IMG/VR virus record: IMGVR_UViG_3300043478_000039
Location: 1 to 24,815 of that record
Source: a virus
Taxonomy: Duplodnaviria; Caudoviricetes
Length of the DNA: 24,815 nucleotides
Strand: one strand, 5' to 3'
Below, in pieces: positions 23,757-24,815 of this stretch. The stretch's first letter is position 1. Every line of letters begins with the position of its first letter. Made by a program: the position numbers and the translations under genes. Below the pieces are notes generated by a model. The model did not search any database and was not told the DNA's origin. It saw nothing but the letters and a program-made list of their open reading frames with translations.

Positions 23757-24815
23757 CTACTGCTGCGGGGGCGGACCACCGGGCGGTCCGCTGATCCCCA
23801 TCTGCTGCTCCGGCCCGGCCGGGGCGCCGGGTTGCGGTTCCTGTTGCGGCTGTTGCACGCCGGGCTGCTGCTGTTGCGCTGCGGCCTGCTGTTGCTGCGC
23901 GGCGGCCTGCTGCTGCTGCGCCTGCGCGGCCTGCAGCGTGGCGAGCTGCTGCGCCTTCTTGTCGGTCTCGCTGACGAAGCCGCTCTCGGCCATGATGTAG
24001 TCGGCGATCGGCGCTGCGTCGGGTGTCGCCAGCACCAGTGCCGCGGTCTCCAGCGCGGTCTGCTGCGTGGTCACGTTCAAGCCAGGTATCTCGGCGATGG
24101 TCTTGGCCGCCCCCGTCTTGGCCTGCGCGGCCTGCGCGGCGATCTTGTCGGCCTCGGCCTGCGCCTTGGCCAGCGCTGCCAGCGCCATGTCCATCTGCAG
24201 CTTTGCCTGAATGGCCTTCTGCTGCAGCATCTGCTGCTCTTCCGGCGACGGCGTCTCGGAGTTGGGGTCGAGCTGGCCGGTGACCTGGCGGATGCGCTTG
24301 ACGATCTCTTCGCGGTTCGGCAGGTCCATGTTCTCGACCGCGAGGTCGAGCAGGATCATCGCCACCTCTGGCGGCAGCTTGTTCATCGCCTCCATCAGCT
24401 CGTCGACGGCGGCTTGCCGCAGCGTCGCGTGCCACGCCGTCTCGCTGATGACGTAGTCCGCCTTGCAGCGGGTGATGTCATTCTCGGGGAGGCCGTCGTT
24501 GACGGTGACGTAGTCCGATTTGCCGGACTGCGAGGTGATGCGGAACTGCTTCTCCTCGCTCATGAACTGCTCGATGTTGGAGAGCAGCTTCTCGCCGTGC
24601 ACCTGGTTGGCGAACATCAAATTGTCGAAGATCTTGGCGGTGGCGAGGCTGCCCTGGTCCTGCCGGCGCTGGATCGCCACGCCCGACGTGGCGTTGGTCT
24701 TGCGGCCGAGCAGCTCGTCGGTGACGCCGCTGGCCTGCTGGATCATCGAGATGTCTCTAGACATCAGCTCGAGGTGCCACTGCGCGAGGTCGCGATCGGC
24801 GTTGAGGGTGATCAG
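23757..24815 (-). CDS. Portal protein, C-terminal part (5'-truncated by the window), P22-like
   Basis: Frame open from the window edge. IQQASGVTDELLGRKTNATSGVAIQRRQDQGSLATAKIFDNL and DLPNREEIVKRIRQ motifs. Gln-rich helical barrel-like C-terminus. Confidence 0.92.
   Translation of the reverse strand: MITLNADRDLAQWHLELMSRDISMIQQASGVTDELLGRKTNATSGVAIQRRQDQGSLATAKIFDNLMFANQVHGEKLLSNIEQFMSEEKQFRITSQSGKSDYVTVNDGLPENDITRCKADYVISETAWHATLRQAAVDELMEAMNKLPPEVAMILLDLAVENMDLPNREEIVKRIRQVTGQLDPNSETPSPEEQQMLQQKAIQAKLQMDMALAALAKAQAEADKIAAQAAQAKTGAAKTIAEIPGLNVTTQQTALETAALVLATPDAAPIADYIMAESGFVSETDKKAQQLATLQAAQAQQQQAAAQQQQAAAQQQQPGVQQPQQEPQPGAPAGPEQQMGISGPPGGPPPQQ

Noticed and set aside
18973-23759. Amber (TAG) readthrough or recoding: scaffold/CsrA-like, 189/359-aa and 359/46-aa genes are joined in frame across TAG codons
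   Set aside because: TAG falls at natural protein ends (scaffold, portal), other TAG stops (23757, 2790) are followed by out-of-frame genes, and no conserved gene is interrupted by TAG. TAGATG is an ordinary coupling junction. Low-level readthrough cannot be excluded.
257-24456. Numerous long plus-strand ORFs (e.g. 20239-22401, 14926-16512, 9955-11502)
   Set aside because: They are antisense shadows of high-GC minus-strand genes, with no recognisable motifs, and fully overlap well-supported genes.

Overview
The window is the virion morphogenesis (late) operon of a high-GC tailed phage or prophage with podovirus-type gene content. All real genes lie on the minus strand and are tightly coupled. 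In transcription order (right to left): portal (5'-truncated), acidic scaffold, a small CsrA/RsmA-like protein, N4-gp56-family major capsid protein, a probable capsid decoration protein, three very basic Lys/Ala/Pro-rich proteins, an Ig(IPT)+HhH protein, two head-tail adaptor-like proteins, a cluster of fibre/adaptor/tip genes with three distinct long fibres, a tail nozzle-like protein, a GNAT acetyltransferase, two ejection-type internal virion proteins, and the 5' part of a giant protein with tandem SleB-like (Hydrolase_2) and M15 peptidase cell-wall hydrolase domains. That giant ORF is absent from the supplied ORF track because it runs off the window. The layout resembles Bcep22-like (Lessievirus-type) phages. 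The most notable signal is regulatory. Only four intergenic gaps exceed about 12 nt, and three of them carry an identical 14-mer (mRNA sense AGCGCAGGACGUGC) 21-24 nt before a start codon. It folds into a GGA-loop hairpin like a CsrA site, and in each case it is mutually exclusive with a different hairpin that buries the Shine-Dalgarno sequence (and the AUG in two of three). The fourth gap holds a long hairpin whose loop is an exact anti-SD. Together with the phage-encoded CsrA-like gene, this suggests a self-contained translational switch controlling late gene expression. All family assignments and RNA folds were made by eye; no database search or folding program was run.
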